From the NCBI GenBank assembly GCA_963840275.1, contig CAWIYK010000006.1:193075-257074 (forward strand): a stretch of 64,000 nt of DNA, read 5' to 3'. Under the pieces are notes generated by a model. That model worked only from the letters and a program-made list of their open reading frames with translations, searched no databases and had not been told where the DNA came from. The DNA comes from an uncultured Actinomycetota bacterium. Its GTDB lineage: Bacteria > Actinomycetota > Actinomycetes > Mycobacteriales > Pseudonocardiaceae. Shown here piece after piece: positions 1 through 9,111 of this stretch (positions are counted from its first letter, which is position 1; each line of letters starts with the position of its first letter). The position numbers were made by a program, and so were the translations under genes.

Positions 1-113
1 TTGTCGGCCACGACACCTCCGATAGTCGGATCCCCAAACGATCCTGAACTGCGGTACCTTTTGCTGCTCACGTTCCTACCTCTTGAGTCCAGCTAGACAC
101 GAAGGGGCACGCC

Positions 114-347
114 GTGGTCCACGCATACATCCTGATCCAGACCGAGGTCGGCCAGGCCGCCGCGGTCGCCGCGAAGATCGCCGAGATCGCCGGCGTGACC
201 ACCGCGGAGGATGTCACCGGGCCGTACGACGTGATAGTCCGAGCCGAGGCGGACAACGTCGACCTGCTCGGCCAGCTCGTCGTCGCTCGCATCCAGAACG
301 TCGACGGCATCACGAGAACCCTCACCTGCCCGGTGGTCCACCTCTGA
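114..347 (+). CDS. Lrp/AsnC-family small ligand-binding (RAM domain only) protein
   Basis: 77-aa ORF from GTG 114 with GAAGGGG upstream. MVHAYILIQTE...VTGPYDVIVRAE...ITRTLT looks like the stand-alone AsnC/Lrp C-terminal fold. Its position next to DUF3515/ddl is typical of actinobacteria. Confidence 0.75.
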   Translation: MVHAYILIQTEVGQAAAVAAKIAEIAGVTTAEDVTGPYDVIVRAEADNVDLLGQLVVARIQNVDGITRTLTCPVVHL

Positions 348-366
348 GGCATGTTCTAGTTGGGCC

Positions 367-942
367 GTGTCCGACAAGCCCGACCAACCGCTCTCCCGCG
401 TGACGCTGGGCGTGGCCGTCGGCCTCGCCGTCGTGCTGGTGCTCGGTGTCATCGTGGCGAGTCTCGTGCTCGGCGGTGATCCCGACGAGCAGGCCGTGGC
501 GCCGACCACCACGCCCACCACCACCGCACCGCCGCGCACCGGGCCGTACGCGCTGGTCGCGGTGGACGCGCCCGCGGCGAACGCGCCCGGCTGCACGAGT
601 CTGACCGCCGCGCTGCCGAAAGAGCTGCCGAACAAGGGCGGCGTGCTGACGCGCCTGACGCTCGCCGAGCCGGCGCCGGCCGCGGCCGCGGCGTGGGCCG
701 GCGACCGGGGCGAGCCGGTGGTGCTGCGCTGCGGGCTCACCGAACCGGCGGAGCTGACGCCGACGGCGCGGCTGAAAGAAGTGTCCACGGTGAACTGGCT
801 CCCGATCGAGGGCGCCGGCGCGATCACCTGGTACACGGTGGACCGTCCGGTCTACATAGCGTTGACGATCCCGTCCGACACCGGCACCGGCGCCATCCAG
901 GAACTGTCGGAAACGATCGCCACCGCGGTACCGACCACCTGA
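367..942 (+). CDS. DUF3515-like membrane-anchored protein
   Basis: 191-aa ORF with an N-terminal TM helix (VTLGVAVGLAVVLVLGVIVASLVL), a Pro/Thr linker and a C-terminal globular part. It occupies the same position as Rv2980-type genes beside ddl. Confidence 0.65.
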   Translation: MSDKPDQPLSRVTLGVAVGLAVVLVLGVIVASLVLGGDPDEQAVAPTTTPTTTAPPRTGPYALVAVDAPAANAPGCTSLTAALPKELPNKGGVLTRLTLAEPAPAAAAAWAGDRGEPVVLRCGLTEPAELTPTARLKEVSTVNWLPIEGAGAITWYTVDRPVYIALTIPSDTGTGAIQELSETIATAVPTT

Positions 943-963
943 GCCCCACGAAGCGAAGCGAGC

Positions 964-1272
964 AGGCCGCGAATACGCGAGCGGAGCGAGCCAATGTCAC
1001 GCAGTGAGGGCGTGGGTGAGCGGCCGCCGGCGTCTGGACTGACGCTCGCGCGCAGACGCGTCAGCGCCGAGCACGGAGGAGGGAAGACGCCGGGTCCAGG
1101 CCGCGAATACGCGAGCGGAGCGAGCCAATGTCGCCAGTCGAGAGGCAGTGCGGTGAGCGGCCGCCGGCGTCTGGACTGACGCTCGCGCGCAGGCGCGTCA
1201 GCGCCGAGCACGGAGGGAGGGAAGACGCCGGGTACAGGCCGCGAATACGCGAGCGGAGCGAGCCAATGTCAC
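964..1272. repeat. Tandem repeat, about 135-bp unit, 2.3 copies
   Basis: The unit start AGGCCGCGAATACGCGAGCGGAGCGAGCCAATGTC occurs at 964, 1098 and 1236. Each full unit carries interleaved inverted repeats (for example GCGTCTG 1030-1036 with CAGACGC 1053-1059, and CTGACGC 1039-1045 with GCGTCAG 1058-1064). Confidence 0.9.
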
Positions 1273-1290
1273 AGCTACCGCGAGCCACTC

Positions 1291-2388
1291 TCACCGCAAG
1301 CCGGTGCCCCTGGCGATGGCGGTGTCGATCAGGGTGGACAGGAGCGTCGGGTAGTCGAGGCCGGTGACGGCCCACATCTTCGGGTACGCGGACGTCGGGG
1401 TGAAGCCGGGCATGGTGTTCAGCTCGTTGATGGTGAGCGTGCCGTCGGCGCCGACGAAGAAGTCGACGCGGGCGAGGCCCTGGCCGTCGAGCGCGCGGAA
1501 CGCCTGGATGGCCATGGCGCGCAGGCGTTCGGTGACCGCGTCGTCGAGCTTCGCCGGGATGTCCAGCTCCGCCTTGTCGTCGAGGTACTTGGTCTCGAAG
1601 TCGTAGAAGTCGAGGCTGTCGTCGAGGATGCGGATCTCCGCGGGCAGCGACGCCTCGACGCGGCCGTCGGGGAACTCGAGCACGCCGCACTCGACCTCGC
1701 GGCCGACGAGCATCGCCTCGACGAGCACCTTGGGGTCGATGGCGCGGGCGGTGGCGATGGCCTCATCGAGGTCGGCCCAGTCGGTGACCTTCGTGATGCC
1801 GGTCGACGAGCCCGCGCGGGCCGGCTTGACGAACACCGGCAGCCCGAGGCGTTCGCGCTGGTCCTCGGTCAGGGTCTTCTCGCCGCGGCGCAGTGTCGCG
1901 TAGGGACCGACGGGCAGCCCGTCGGCGATGAGGAGCTTCTTGGTGAACTCCTTGTCCATGGCCACGGCGCTGGCGAGCACGCCGGCGCCCGCGTAGGGCA
2001 GGCCGACCATCTCGAGGAGACCCTGGATGGTGCCGTCCTCGCCGTACGCGCCGTGCAGCACCGGGAACACGACGTCGACGGCGGAGAGGACCTCGCCCTC
2101 GCGGCCGCGTTCGAGCACGACGAGGTTCGCGGCGGTCGGGTCGGCCGGCAGGGTCAGCGCGGTGCCGGACGTGATCGTCGGCATCGTCCTGCCCTCGATC
2201 GCCAGCGTCGCCGGGTCCGCGGGGCCGAGCACCCACGTGCCGCTCGGTGTGATGCCGACCGGCAGGACCTCGAAACGCTCCTGGTCGAGGTTCGCGAGCA
2301 CGCTCGCCGCCGACACACAGGACACGGTGTGCTCCGTGCTCTGTCCACCGAAGACGACTGCCACGCGGGTTCGCTGTTGGCTGGCCAT
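1291..2388 (-). CDS. ddl: D-alanine--D-alanine ligase
   Basis: 365 aa from ATG (cat at 2386-2388): [24 protein letters not shown]...[17 protein letters not shown]...ELNTMPGFT. The longer 719-aa ORF prefix is an Arg/Gly-rich artefact. Confidence 0.95.
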   Translation of the reverse strand: MASQQRTRVAVVFGGQSTEHTVSCVSAASVLANLDQERFEVLPVGITPSGTWVLGPADPATLAIEGRTMPTITSGTALTLPADPTAANLVVLERGREGEVLSAVDVVFPVLHGAYGEDGTIQGLLEMVGLPYAGAGVLASAVAMDKEFTKKLLIADGLPVGPYATLRRGEKTLTEDQRERLGLPVFVKPARAGSSTGITKVTDWADLDEAIATARAIDPKVLVEAMLVGREVECGVLEFPDGRVEASLPAEIRILDDSLDFYDFETKYLDDKAELDIPAKLDDAVTERLRAMAIQAFRALDGQGLARVDFFVGADGTLTINELNTMPGFTPTSAYPKMWAVTGLDYPTLLSTLIDTAIARGTGLR

Positions 2389-2399
2389 GGCGCCCGACC

Positions 2400-3791
2400 C
2401 TACCCTTGCGCCTGGCCGGCGGAACCAACCAGCTCCACCAGCACCGGCAGGGCTCGCAGCAGCTGTTCCCGCGAGCAGGCCGCATACCCCAGCGCGACGC
2501 CGAACCAGCGGGCCCGGCCGACGTGGTGGCGGGCGAGGCCGTCCAGCAGCAGCCCGCGGGCCAGCGCGGCACGCAGCAGCTCCCGCTCCGCCTCCGCCGA
2601 CGCGACCGGGACGACCACGTGCGCGCCCGCGTCGTCGCCGAGCACCCGGACTCCCCCGCGCACCAACGTCTCCACCACCAGCGTCCGGCGTTCGGACAGC
2701 TCGCGGCGCAGCCTGCGCAGGTGTCGGCCGAGGTCGCCGTTGCGGGCCAGCTCCACCACCACGAGCTGGCCGGCGGGCGCCGGGCCGATGCCGGTCGCCT
2801 CGCGGTGCGCGAGCACGGCGGCCACCACCGCGGGCGGTGCGACCATCCAGCCGATGCCGAGCGTCGGTGTGAGGATCTTGCTCGTGGTGCCCAGGTGCAC
2901 CACCACGTCCGGCGCGAGCGCGGCGAGCAGCGGCAGCGGCGCCACGTCGTAACGCAGCTCGCCGTCGTAGTCGTCCTCGATCACGAGCCAGCCCTGCTCG
3001 CGGGCACGTTCGGCCAGCGCGACCCGCCGGCCGGCGGACATGCGCCCGCCGAGCGGGTACTGGTGGGCGGGCGAGCAGTACACCGCGCGCGCCGAGCCCG
3101 GGATCGCGTCGATGAGCAGGCCGTCGGCGTCCACCGGCGCCGGCACGACCCGCATGCCGGCGGCGCGCAGCGCGCCGACCGCACGCTGGTAGCCGGGCTC
3201 CTCGACGGCGACGATCTCCCCCGGCCGCAGCACCGCCCGGCTCAGCTCGGCCGCGGCGGAGCTGGTGCCCGCAGTGGCGAGCAGGACCTCGCTGTCCCCG
3301 ACCCGCAAACCGCGGTGCCGCAACAGGTGTTCGGCGACCGCGGCCCGGTACTCCGGCAGCCCGGCCCGGTTCGGCCGCACCATCGGCGCCACGTGGGAGG
3401 CCGCCCGCCACGCTCGCCGCCACGCCGCCTGCTCGATCCCGCCCGCCCACGGCGAGCCCGGCGTGAGGTCGACGGCGGTCTCGAGCACGGCGTCGCGGCG
3501 CGGCGGTTTCGGTGTCGCGCGCAGCGAGCCGGGCGGCGCGGTCGTGATGTAGGTGCCCGACCCGTGCCGGCCGGCGATCCAGCCCTCGGCGTGCAGCTGC
3601 TCGTAGGCGGCCGCGGTCACCGTCCTGCTGACGCCCAGCTCACCGGCGAGTGCCCTGGTCGACGGCAGCCGGTCGCCGCTGCGCAGCCGCCCGTCGCCGG
3701 CGGCCGCCCGCAGCTGCTCGGCGAGCTGCACGGCGAGCGGCGTCGCGGACTCGCGTTCCAGTGTCACCGGGAGCACCGGGGTCTCCGTCAT
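2400..3791 (-). CDS. MocR/PdxR-type regulator (GntR HTH fused to a PLP aminotransferase-like domain)
   Basis: Starts at MTETPVLPV (cat at 3789-3791). The N-terminal GntR wHTH reads [30 protein letters not shown]. It is followed by a roughly 350-aa fold-type-I aminotransferase-like domain. Confidence 0.85.
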   Translation of the reverse strand: MTETPVLPVTLERESATPLAVQLAEQLRAAAGDGRLRSGDRLPSTRALAGELGVSRTVTAAAYEQLHAEGWIAGRHGSGTYITTAPPGSLRATPKPPRRDAVLETAVDLTPGSPWAGGIEQAAWRRAWRAASHVAPMVRPNRAGLPEYRAAVAEHLLRHRGLRVGDSEVLLATAGTSSAAAELSRAVLRPGEIVAVEEPGYQRAVGALRAAGMRVVPAPVDADGLLIDAIPGSARAVYCSPAHQYPLGGRMSAGRRVALAERAREQGWLVIEDDYDGELRYDVAPLPLLAALAPDVVVHLGTTSKILTPTLGIGWMVAPPAVVAAVLAHREATGIGPAPAGQLVVVELARNGDLGRHLRRLRRELSERRTLVVETLVRGGVRVLGDDAGAHVVVPVASAEAERELLRAALARGLLLDGLARHHVGRARWFGVALGYAACSREQLLRALPVLVELVGSAGQAQG

Positions 3792-3852
3792 GAAGTGGCC
3801 TTCCGGAATCACGGGGTCGTGGCCCTTCAATGATGCCACTCGTGGCGTCACA

Positions 3853-4536
3853 GTGAACAGCGTGACCCTTTCTCCCACGCCACGCAGCACCATTCAGCGC
3901 GGCAAGAACCGCGCCGTGACCGACCGTGCCGCACTCGCCGCCGTGCTCGACGCCGGCCTGATCTGCCACCTCGCGTTCGTGACGCCGGACGGCGCGCCGG
4001 TCGTGATCCCCACGGGTTACGGCCACGAGGGCAACACCCTGTACGTGCACGGGTCGACGGGCGCGGCGAGCCTGCGCGCCGGTGTCGGCGCGGAGGTGTG
4101 CGTGAACGTGACGCTGCTCGACGGCGTGATCTACAGCCGCGCGGTCTTCCACCATTCGGTGAACTACCGGTCCGCGACGGTCCACGGCCGCGCGACGCAG
4201 GTGACCGACCCGGACGCGAAGCTGCACGCGCTGCGGGTGATCACCGACCACATCGCGCCCGGCTCGTGGGACCACGCACGTGGCCCGAGCCCACAGGAGT
4301 TCGCGAAGACCGCGGTGCTGGCGGTCGACCTGACGGAGGCGGCCGTGAAGATCCGCACCGGCGGGCCCGGCGAGGAGCCCGCGGACCTGACCCCGGACCG
4401 GGTCGGCGCCAGCTGGGCCGGCGTGCTGCCGCTGGTCCGGAACTGGGGTGCGCCGGAGCCGTGCGAGCACCTGCCCGCCGACGTCGCGGTGCCGGACTAT
4501 GTCAGCTCGCGCGGGCCTCAGGACGGTCCGCAGTAA
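3853..4536 (+). CDS. Pyridoxamine 5'-phosphate oxidase family (NimA-like flavin-binding) protein
   Basis: LICHLAFVTPDGAPVVIPTGYGHEGNTLYVHGS...AVFHHSVNYRSATVHG fits the split-barrel FMN-binding fold. The start is uncertain (GTG 3853 or 3862; the ORF opens at 3790). It is divergent from the MocR gene. Confidence 0.7.
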   Translation: MNSVTLSPTPRSTIQRGKNRAVTDRAALAAVLDAGLICHLAFVTPDGAPVVIPTGYGHEGNTLYVHGSTGAASLRAGVGAEVCVNVTLLDGVIYSRAVFHHSVNYRSATVHGRATQVTDPDAKLHALRVITDHIAPGSWDHARGPSPQEFAKTAVLAVDLTEAAVKIRTGGPGEEPADLTPDRVGASWAGVLPLVRNWGAPEPCEHLPADVAVPDYVSSRGPQDGPQ

Positions 4537-4978
4537 GACCACCTTCGACAGCGCCTTCGACACTGCGCATGGTCCGGGTCGCGCGGTAGACGTGCAGGCT
4601 CACCGCGGGGTCCGGGCCCTCGTTGACGACCCGGTGGGCGTAGCCGGGGCCGAACACCCGCGACTGACCGGGGACGAGCACGTGCGTCGCGCCGCCGCGG
4701 CGCACGTGCTCGGTGAGCGAGCCGGACACGAGCGTGAACGCGCCGGTCGCCGCGCCGTGGTCGTGCGGGTCGGTGTGCTGGCCGGGCAGCCAGCTCATCA
4801 GCCAGACCTCCTGCTCGGCGGTGGCCTCGACGAGGACCGCGAACCGCTCGTCCGGGTCGTAGCGCAGCAGGTGCGCCCACCGGGTGCGGTCCTGCGCGTA
4901 GGCACGGGCGATCAGCGCGGGGTGGACGGTCGCGGCGACAGCGGTGGACGCGATGGTGTTGGCCGGTACGGCGAACAT
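4502..4978 (-). CDS. Cysteine-dioxygenase-like cupin
   Basis: 158 aa from MFAVPANT (cat at 4976-4978). It has a cupin metal motif WLPGQHTDPHDHG and a later His in GPGYAHRVVN. Confidence 0.6.
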   Translation of the reverse strand: MFAVPANTIASTAVAATVHPALIARAYAQDRTRWAHLLRYDPDERFAVLVEATAEQEVWLMSWLPGQHTDPHDHGAATGAFTLVSGSLTEHVRRGGATHVLVPGQSRVFGPGYAHRVVNEGPDPAVSLHVYRATRTMRSVEGAVEGGLTADRPEARAS

Positions 4979-5221
4979 GGCAGGGCCTTCTCGGGAGAGG
5001 TGCGATGCGGACGCGGGTGCCTCACCGGGAAGGACACAGCGCGCTGGCGACCCGGCGAAGCTGGATACAGCCCCACCGACCGGTGTGCGCGCTCGACAAC
5101 ATGAGAATAATGAAAGCACCCCGGCCGTGCGGGGGCAATCCGGTCCAGCTGGTGGGATCGTGTGACCCATCCGCGCGGGGTTCGGCTCCGAACTGCGATC
5201 GACGGACGAGAGCAGGTGGTC

Positions 5222-5821
5222 ATGGGCGATCGGGTGCGGCGGGTGCGAGAAGCCCGCCAGGAGCCGGCGGGCGAGATCGGCGCGGTCGGCGCGGAGTTGA
5301 TGCAGCGGGTGGCACGCGGCGACGAGGCCGCGTTCGAGCAGCTGTACGACCTGTTGGTCGGCCCGGTGTTCGGGCTGGTGCGCCGGATCGTGCGCGATCC
5401 CGCGCAGTCCGAGGAGGTCGTGCAGGAGATCATGGTCGAGCTGTGGCGGAGCGCGGCCAGGTACTCACCGGAGCGCGGCAGCGCCATGACGTGGACGATG
5501 ACCATGGCCCATCGCAGAGCCGTGGACCGGGTCCGGTCCGCGCAGGCCGCCGCCGACCGCGACGACACGGTGGGCCGGCGCGACGTCGGCCGGCCGTTCG
5601 ACGAGGTCGCCGAGCAGGTGACGACGCGGCTGGAGCAGGAGCAGGTGCGCCGCTGTCTGCGCACACTCACCGAGCTGCAGCGGGAGTCGGTGCTGCTCGC
5701 CTACTACGGCGGCCGCACGTACCGGGAGGTCGGCGAGCTGCTCGACACACCGCTCGGGACGATCAAGACCCGGCTGCGCGACGGGCTCATCCGGTTGCGT
5801 GACTGCTTGGGGGTGGCGTGA
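5222..5821 (+). CDS. sigK: ECF sigma factor, SigK-like
   Basis: Region 2 reads FEQLYDLLVGPVFGLVRRIVRDPAQSEEVVQEIMVELW. Region 4 reads LTELQRESVLLAYYGGRTYREVGELLDTPLGTIKTRLRDGL. A 4-nt overlap links it to an RskA-type anti-sigma gene. The start could also be 5162. Confidence 0.85.
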   Translation: MGDRVRRVREARQEPAGEIGAVGAELMQRVARGDEAAFEQLYDLLVGPVFGLVRRIVRDPAQSEEVVQEIMVELWRSAARYSPERGSAMTWTMTMAHRRAVDRVRSAQAAADRDDTVGRRDVGRPFDEVAEQVTTRLEQEQVRRCLRTLTELQRESVLLAYYGGRTYREVGELLDTPLGTIKTRLRDGLIRLRDCLGVA

Positions 5822-6552
5822 TGACCGCGGACATTCACGCGCTGACGGGCGCATACGCGCTGGACGCCGTGTCCGACGACGAGCGGACCGAGTTCGAGCG
5901 GCACCTCGCCGAATGCGAGTCGTGCGCGCAGGAGGTCGCCGAGCTGCGGGAGACCGCGACGAGGCTCGCGTTCGCGGCGACCGAGGAGCCACCCGCCGCG
6001 CTCAAGACGAGGGTGCTGGGCCAGATCGGCACCGTTCGCCAGCTGCCGCCGGAGACGACGGTGGTGCCGTTGCGGCGCAGGGGCCGCAGGCCGCTCGCGC
6101 AGCGGCTGACGACGATGGCCGCCGCCGTGCTGCTGGTGGTCGCCGCCGCGCTCGGCGTGCTCGTGGTGCGGCAGAACCAGCAGCTCGACGACACCAGGAC
6201 GCAGGCCGCGGAGATGTCGGAGATCCTGCGGGCGGGCGACGCGCAGGTGTTGACGCTCGACGGTGGCGAGGGTGGCCAGATGACCGTGGCGATGTCGCGG
6301 TCGCTGGACCGGATGCTGCTGCTCGGCGACGAGCTGCCGGACCCGCCGTCCGGGCACGACTTCCAGGTGTGGTCCGGGCACGACGGCACGATGGTGTCGG
6401 CCGGTCTCCTGACCCCGGACCACGGCGAGGCGTTGCTGGCGGTCGACGGTTTCGGCGACGCGGACCAGATCGCGGTCACGGTCGAGCCGGACGGCGGCTC
6501 CGACCAGCCGACGACCGAGCCCGTGATGGCCGTGGACCTGCCGACCGCGTGA
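5818..6552 (+). CDS. rskA: Anti-sigma-K factor RskA
   Basis: The N-terminal zf-HC2-like segment is HALTGAYALDAVSDDERTEFERHLAECESCAQEV. It has a central TM helix (MAAAVLLVVAAALGVLVV) and an extracytoplasmic RskA-type C-terminus. Its start overlaps the sigma gene stop. Confidence 0.85.
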   Translation: MMTADIHALTGAYALDAVSDDERTEFERHLAECESCAQEVAELRETATRLAFAATEEPPAALKTRVLGQIGTVRQLPPETTVVPLRRRGRRPLAQRLTTMAAAVLLVVAAALGVLVVRQNQQLDDTRTQAAEMSEILRAGDAQVLTLDGGEGGQMTVAMSRSLDRMLLLGDELPDPPSGHDFQVWSGHDGTMVSAGLLTPDHGEALLAVDGFGDADQIAVTVEPDGGSDQPTTEPVMAVDLPTA

Positions 6553-6556
6553 CGGC

Positions 6557-6589
6557 ACGGACGCCTTCCCCGCGCGGGAAGGCGTCCGT
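6557..6589. terminator. Bidirectional hairpin between convergent rskA and gpsA
   Basis: ACGGACGCCTTCCC-cgcgc-GGGAAGGCGTCCGT forms a perfect 14-bp stem with a 5-nt loop. It starts 5 nt after the rskA stop and touches the gpsA stop codon. Confidence 0.6.
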
Positions 6590-7602
6590 CAGCGTTCCGG
6601 CTTGGTCTTGCGGCCGATCAGCTCGCCGGCCATCTCCCTCGGGTCGAAGCCGTCGTGGCAGACCCGGTGCACGACCTCGGTGATGGGCATCTCCACACCG
6701 TGGCGCAGCGCCAGCTCACGGATCGACGAGCACGACTTCACGCCCTCGGCCACCTGTCCGTGCGCGGCCGCCTGCGCCTGCGCGACCGTGTCGCCCTGGC
6801 CGAGCCGGGCGCCGAAGGAACGGTTGCGCGACAGCGGCGACGAGCACGTGGCGACCAGGTCGCCGAGCCCGGCGAGCCCGGCGAAGGTCATCGGGTCCGC
6901 GCCGAGCGCCTGCCCGAGCCGGGACGTCTCCGCGAGGCCGCGGGTGATCAGCGTGGCGAGCGTGTTGTCGCCGAAACCGAGCCCGCCCGCCATGCCGCAG
7001 GACAGCGCGATCACGTTCTTGCACGCGCCGCCCAGCTCGACGCCGACGACGTCGGTCAGCGTGTAGGGCCGGAAGTAGCCGGTGGTGCACGCCTCCTGCA
7101 CGGCGACCGCGCGGTCGTGGTCGGTGCAGGCGATCACCGAACCGGTCGGCTGCTCCTCGGCGATCTCCTTGGCGAGGTTCGGGCCGGACACCGCGGCGAC
7201 GTGGCTCTCCGGCACGTCGAGGACCTCGGTGATCACCTGGCTCATCCGCTTGAGGGTGCCGAGCTCGACGCCCTTCGCGAGGCTGACGAACGTCGCGGCG
7301 GAGTCCATCAGCCCGCGCCACGCGGTGAGGTTGTGCCGCAGGCTCTGGCTGGGCACCGCGAGCACGACCGCGCTCGCGCCGTCCAGCGCGACCCTGGGGT
7401 CCGAAGTGGACCGCAGGCTCGCGGGCAGTGTGACGCCGGGCAGGTAGTCCGGGTTCTCCCGGCGGCCGGCGATCGCCTCGGACACCTCGCGCCTGCGTGC
7501 CCACAGCGTCACGTCGCTGCCCGCGTCGGCGAGCACCTTCGCGAACGCGGTGCCCCACGAGCCGGCGCCGAATACCGCGATCCGCATGTCAGCCGTCGGC
7601 AT
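6589..7602 (-). CDS. gpsA: NAD(P)H-dependent glycerol-3-phosphate dehydrogenase
   Basis: 337 aa with [23 protein letters not shown] (Rossmann fold), ...[14 protein letters not shown]... and ...SRNRSFG. Confidence 0.95.
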   Translation of the reverse strand: MPTADMRIAVFGAGSWGTAFAKVLADAGSDVTLWARRREVSEAIAGRRENPDYLPGVTLPASLRSTSDPRVALDGASAVVLAVPSQSLRHNLTAWRGLMDSAATFVSLAKGVELGTLKRMSQVITEVLDVPESHVAAVSGPNLAKEIAEEQPTGSVIACTDHDRAVAVQEACTTGYFRPYTLTDVVGVELGGACKNVIALSCGMAGGLGFGDNTLATLITRGLAETSRLGQALGADPMTFAGLAGLGDLVATCSSPLSRNRSFGARLGQGDTVAQAQAAAHGQVAEGVKSCSSIRELALRHGVEMPITEVVHRVCHDGFDPREMAGELIGRKTKPER

Positions 7603-8341
7603 CCGACTCGGCGGCCGGCTTCTTCTTCGCCTTGGCCGGCACGAAGAACTCGGTCGGCGCCGGCTCGCCGCGCAGCTTCGCGAGCTGGTCGCGGACGCGG
7701 ACCATGAGGAAGTCGGTGACGTCGCGCAGCAGGTCGTTGTTGACCGGCCGGTCCCGGAACTCCGTGAGGTCGACGGGCGGCGACACGTCGATCGAGATCT
7801 TCTTGCGCGGGAACGGGCGGAACTTTCGGGTGTAGCCGTTGAGGATGTCGCTCGTGCCCCAGCGGGCCGCGGTGAGCACCGGCACGTCGTGCTCGAGGCA
7901 GTCCAGCGCGAGGCGCGCGACGCCGGTGCGGGCGCGCATCGGCCAGCCGGTGGGATCCTTGGTGATCGTGCCCTCCGGGTAGATCACCACCAGCTTGCCG
8001 TTCCGCAGCGCCTCCCGCGCGGCGACGAGGCTGTCGGCCGCGCCGACGCTCTGCCGGTACACGGGGATGCTGCCGGCGCCGTTGATCATGTACTTGAACA
8101 CCGGGGTGCGGAACAGGCTCGCCTTCGCGAGGAACCGCGGCACGCGGCCGTTGCGGTGCACGAACACCGCGTCGACCGGCGGATCCAGGTGTGAGATGTG
8201 GTTCATCACCAGCAGGATGCCGCCGTCGTGGTGGATGTGCTCCGCGCCGGTCCACCTGGTCTTGCCGATCGCGGCGATCGGGTAGAAGACCGCCGCCGTC
8301 ACCCACACCCAGAACCCGGTCTTCTCGAATCGCGCCGGCAC
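7589..8341 (-). CDS. 1-acyl-sn-glycerol-3-phosphate acyltransferase (PlsC family)
   Basis: It carries the NHISHLD (NHxxxxD) motif and YPEGTITKD. Its stop overlaps the gpsA start by 14 nt, which suggests an operon. Confidence 0.85.
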   Translation of the reverse strand: MPARFEKTGFWVWVTAAVFYPIAAIGKTRWTGAEHIHHDGGILLVMNHISHLDPPVDAVFVHRNGRVPRFLAKASLFRTPVFKYMINGAGSIPVYRQSVGAADSLVAAREALRNGKLVVIYPEGTITKDPTGWPMRARTGVARLALDCLEHDVPVLTAARWGTSDILNGYTRKFRPFPRKKISIDVSPPVDLTEFRDRPVNNDLLRDVTDFLMVRVRDQLAKLRGEPAPTEFFVPAKAKKKPAAESDADG

Positions 8342-8412
8342 CTGTCCTCCTCGTCACTGTTTCCGCAGTGAGTATGCCCCGGTCGCGGCGCACCGCTCCG
8401 GGGTCCTGCACG

Positions 8413-9093
8413 ATGGGTGCCGTGGAGCATGAAGTCGGCGCGGTCGACCTGGTCGTCCCGGTCAAGACGCTGGAGCGGGCGAAGTCCCGGCTGCGCGGCG
8501 CGGTGCCGGCGCGGCGGCATGCCGAGCTGGTGCTCGCGCTGCTGCTCGACACCGTCACCGCGGCGGTCGCGGCCGCCGGTGTGCGGCGGGTGCTGGTGGT
8601 CTGCGAGGACGACCGGATCCCGGTCGCGCTGCGCGGCACCGGGGTCGAGTGCGTCGACGAGCGCGGCCTGCCCGGTCTGAACGCCGCGCTGTCCTACGGC
8701 GCGGAGCTGCTGCGCGAGCCGGGCCGGGCGGTCGGCGCGCTCCAGGCGGACCTGCCGGCGCTGCGCCCCGACGACCTCGCCGCCGCGATCGCGGCGGCGC
8801 ACGGGCGGCGCGCGTACTGCGCGGACCGGCCGGGCACCGGCACCACACTGTTGCTCGCCGCGCCCGGCGAGCCGCTGAGTCCTCGGTTCGGCGCGGGTTC
8901 CGCCGCCGCGCACGCGGCGAGCGACGCGACGCCGGTCGGCGCCGCGCTGGCGTCCCTGCGATGTGACGTCGACACCGAGGAGGACCTCGCGGTGGCCGCC
9001 GACCTGGGGCTCGGCACGCACAGCGCCATCCTGTTGACACGCGAGGGAAAGTTCACCCTTCCGTTCGACCGTGGCTGCACCACTCGGCCGTAA
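8413..9093 (+). CDS. cofC: 2-phospho-L-lactate / PEP guanylyltransferase (CofC/FbiD, F420 biosynthesis)
   Basis: 226 aa from ATG 8413: VDLVVPVKTLERAKSRLRG...LQADLPALRPDDL. It sits in the same position as Rv2983 upstream of ppk. Confidence 0.8.
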   Translation: MGAVEHEVGAVDLVVPVKTLERAKSRLRGAVPARRHAELVLALLLDTVTAAVAAAGVRRVLVVCEDDRIPVALRGTGVECVDERGLPGLNAALSYGAELLREPGRAVGALQADLPALRPDDLAAAIAAAHGRRAYCADRPGTGTTLLLAAPGEPLSPRFGAGSAAAHAASDATPVGAALASLRCDVDTEEDLAVAADLGLGTHSAILLTREGKFTLPFDRGCTTRP

Positions 9094-9111
9094 TTGCTGG
9101 ACAATGGGGTT

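Noticed and set aside
1-16. The 5' end of a minus-strand gene leaving the window. The reverse strand reads GGAGGTGTCGTGGCCGACAA, an RBS plus GTG.
   Set aside because: Only about five codons are inside the window, which is too little to support a feature call.
964-1272. Possible CRISPR array.
   Set aside because: The period is about 135 bp with no short repeat-spacer alternation, there are only 2.3 copies, and no cas genes lie in the window. It is a plain tandem duplication.
2389-3450. An N-terminal 353-aa extension of the ddl ORF (the 1291..3450 reading frame).
   Set aside because: The extension is Arg/Gly/Ala low-complexity sequence and lies antisense to the MocR gene. Ddl homology starts at [15 protein letters not shown] (ATG at 2388).
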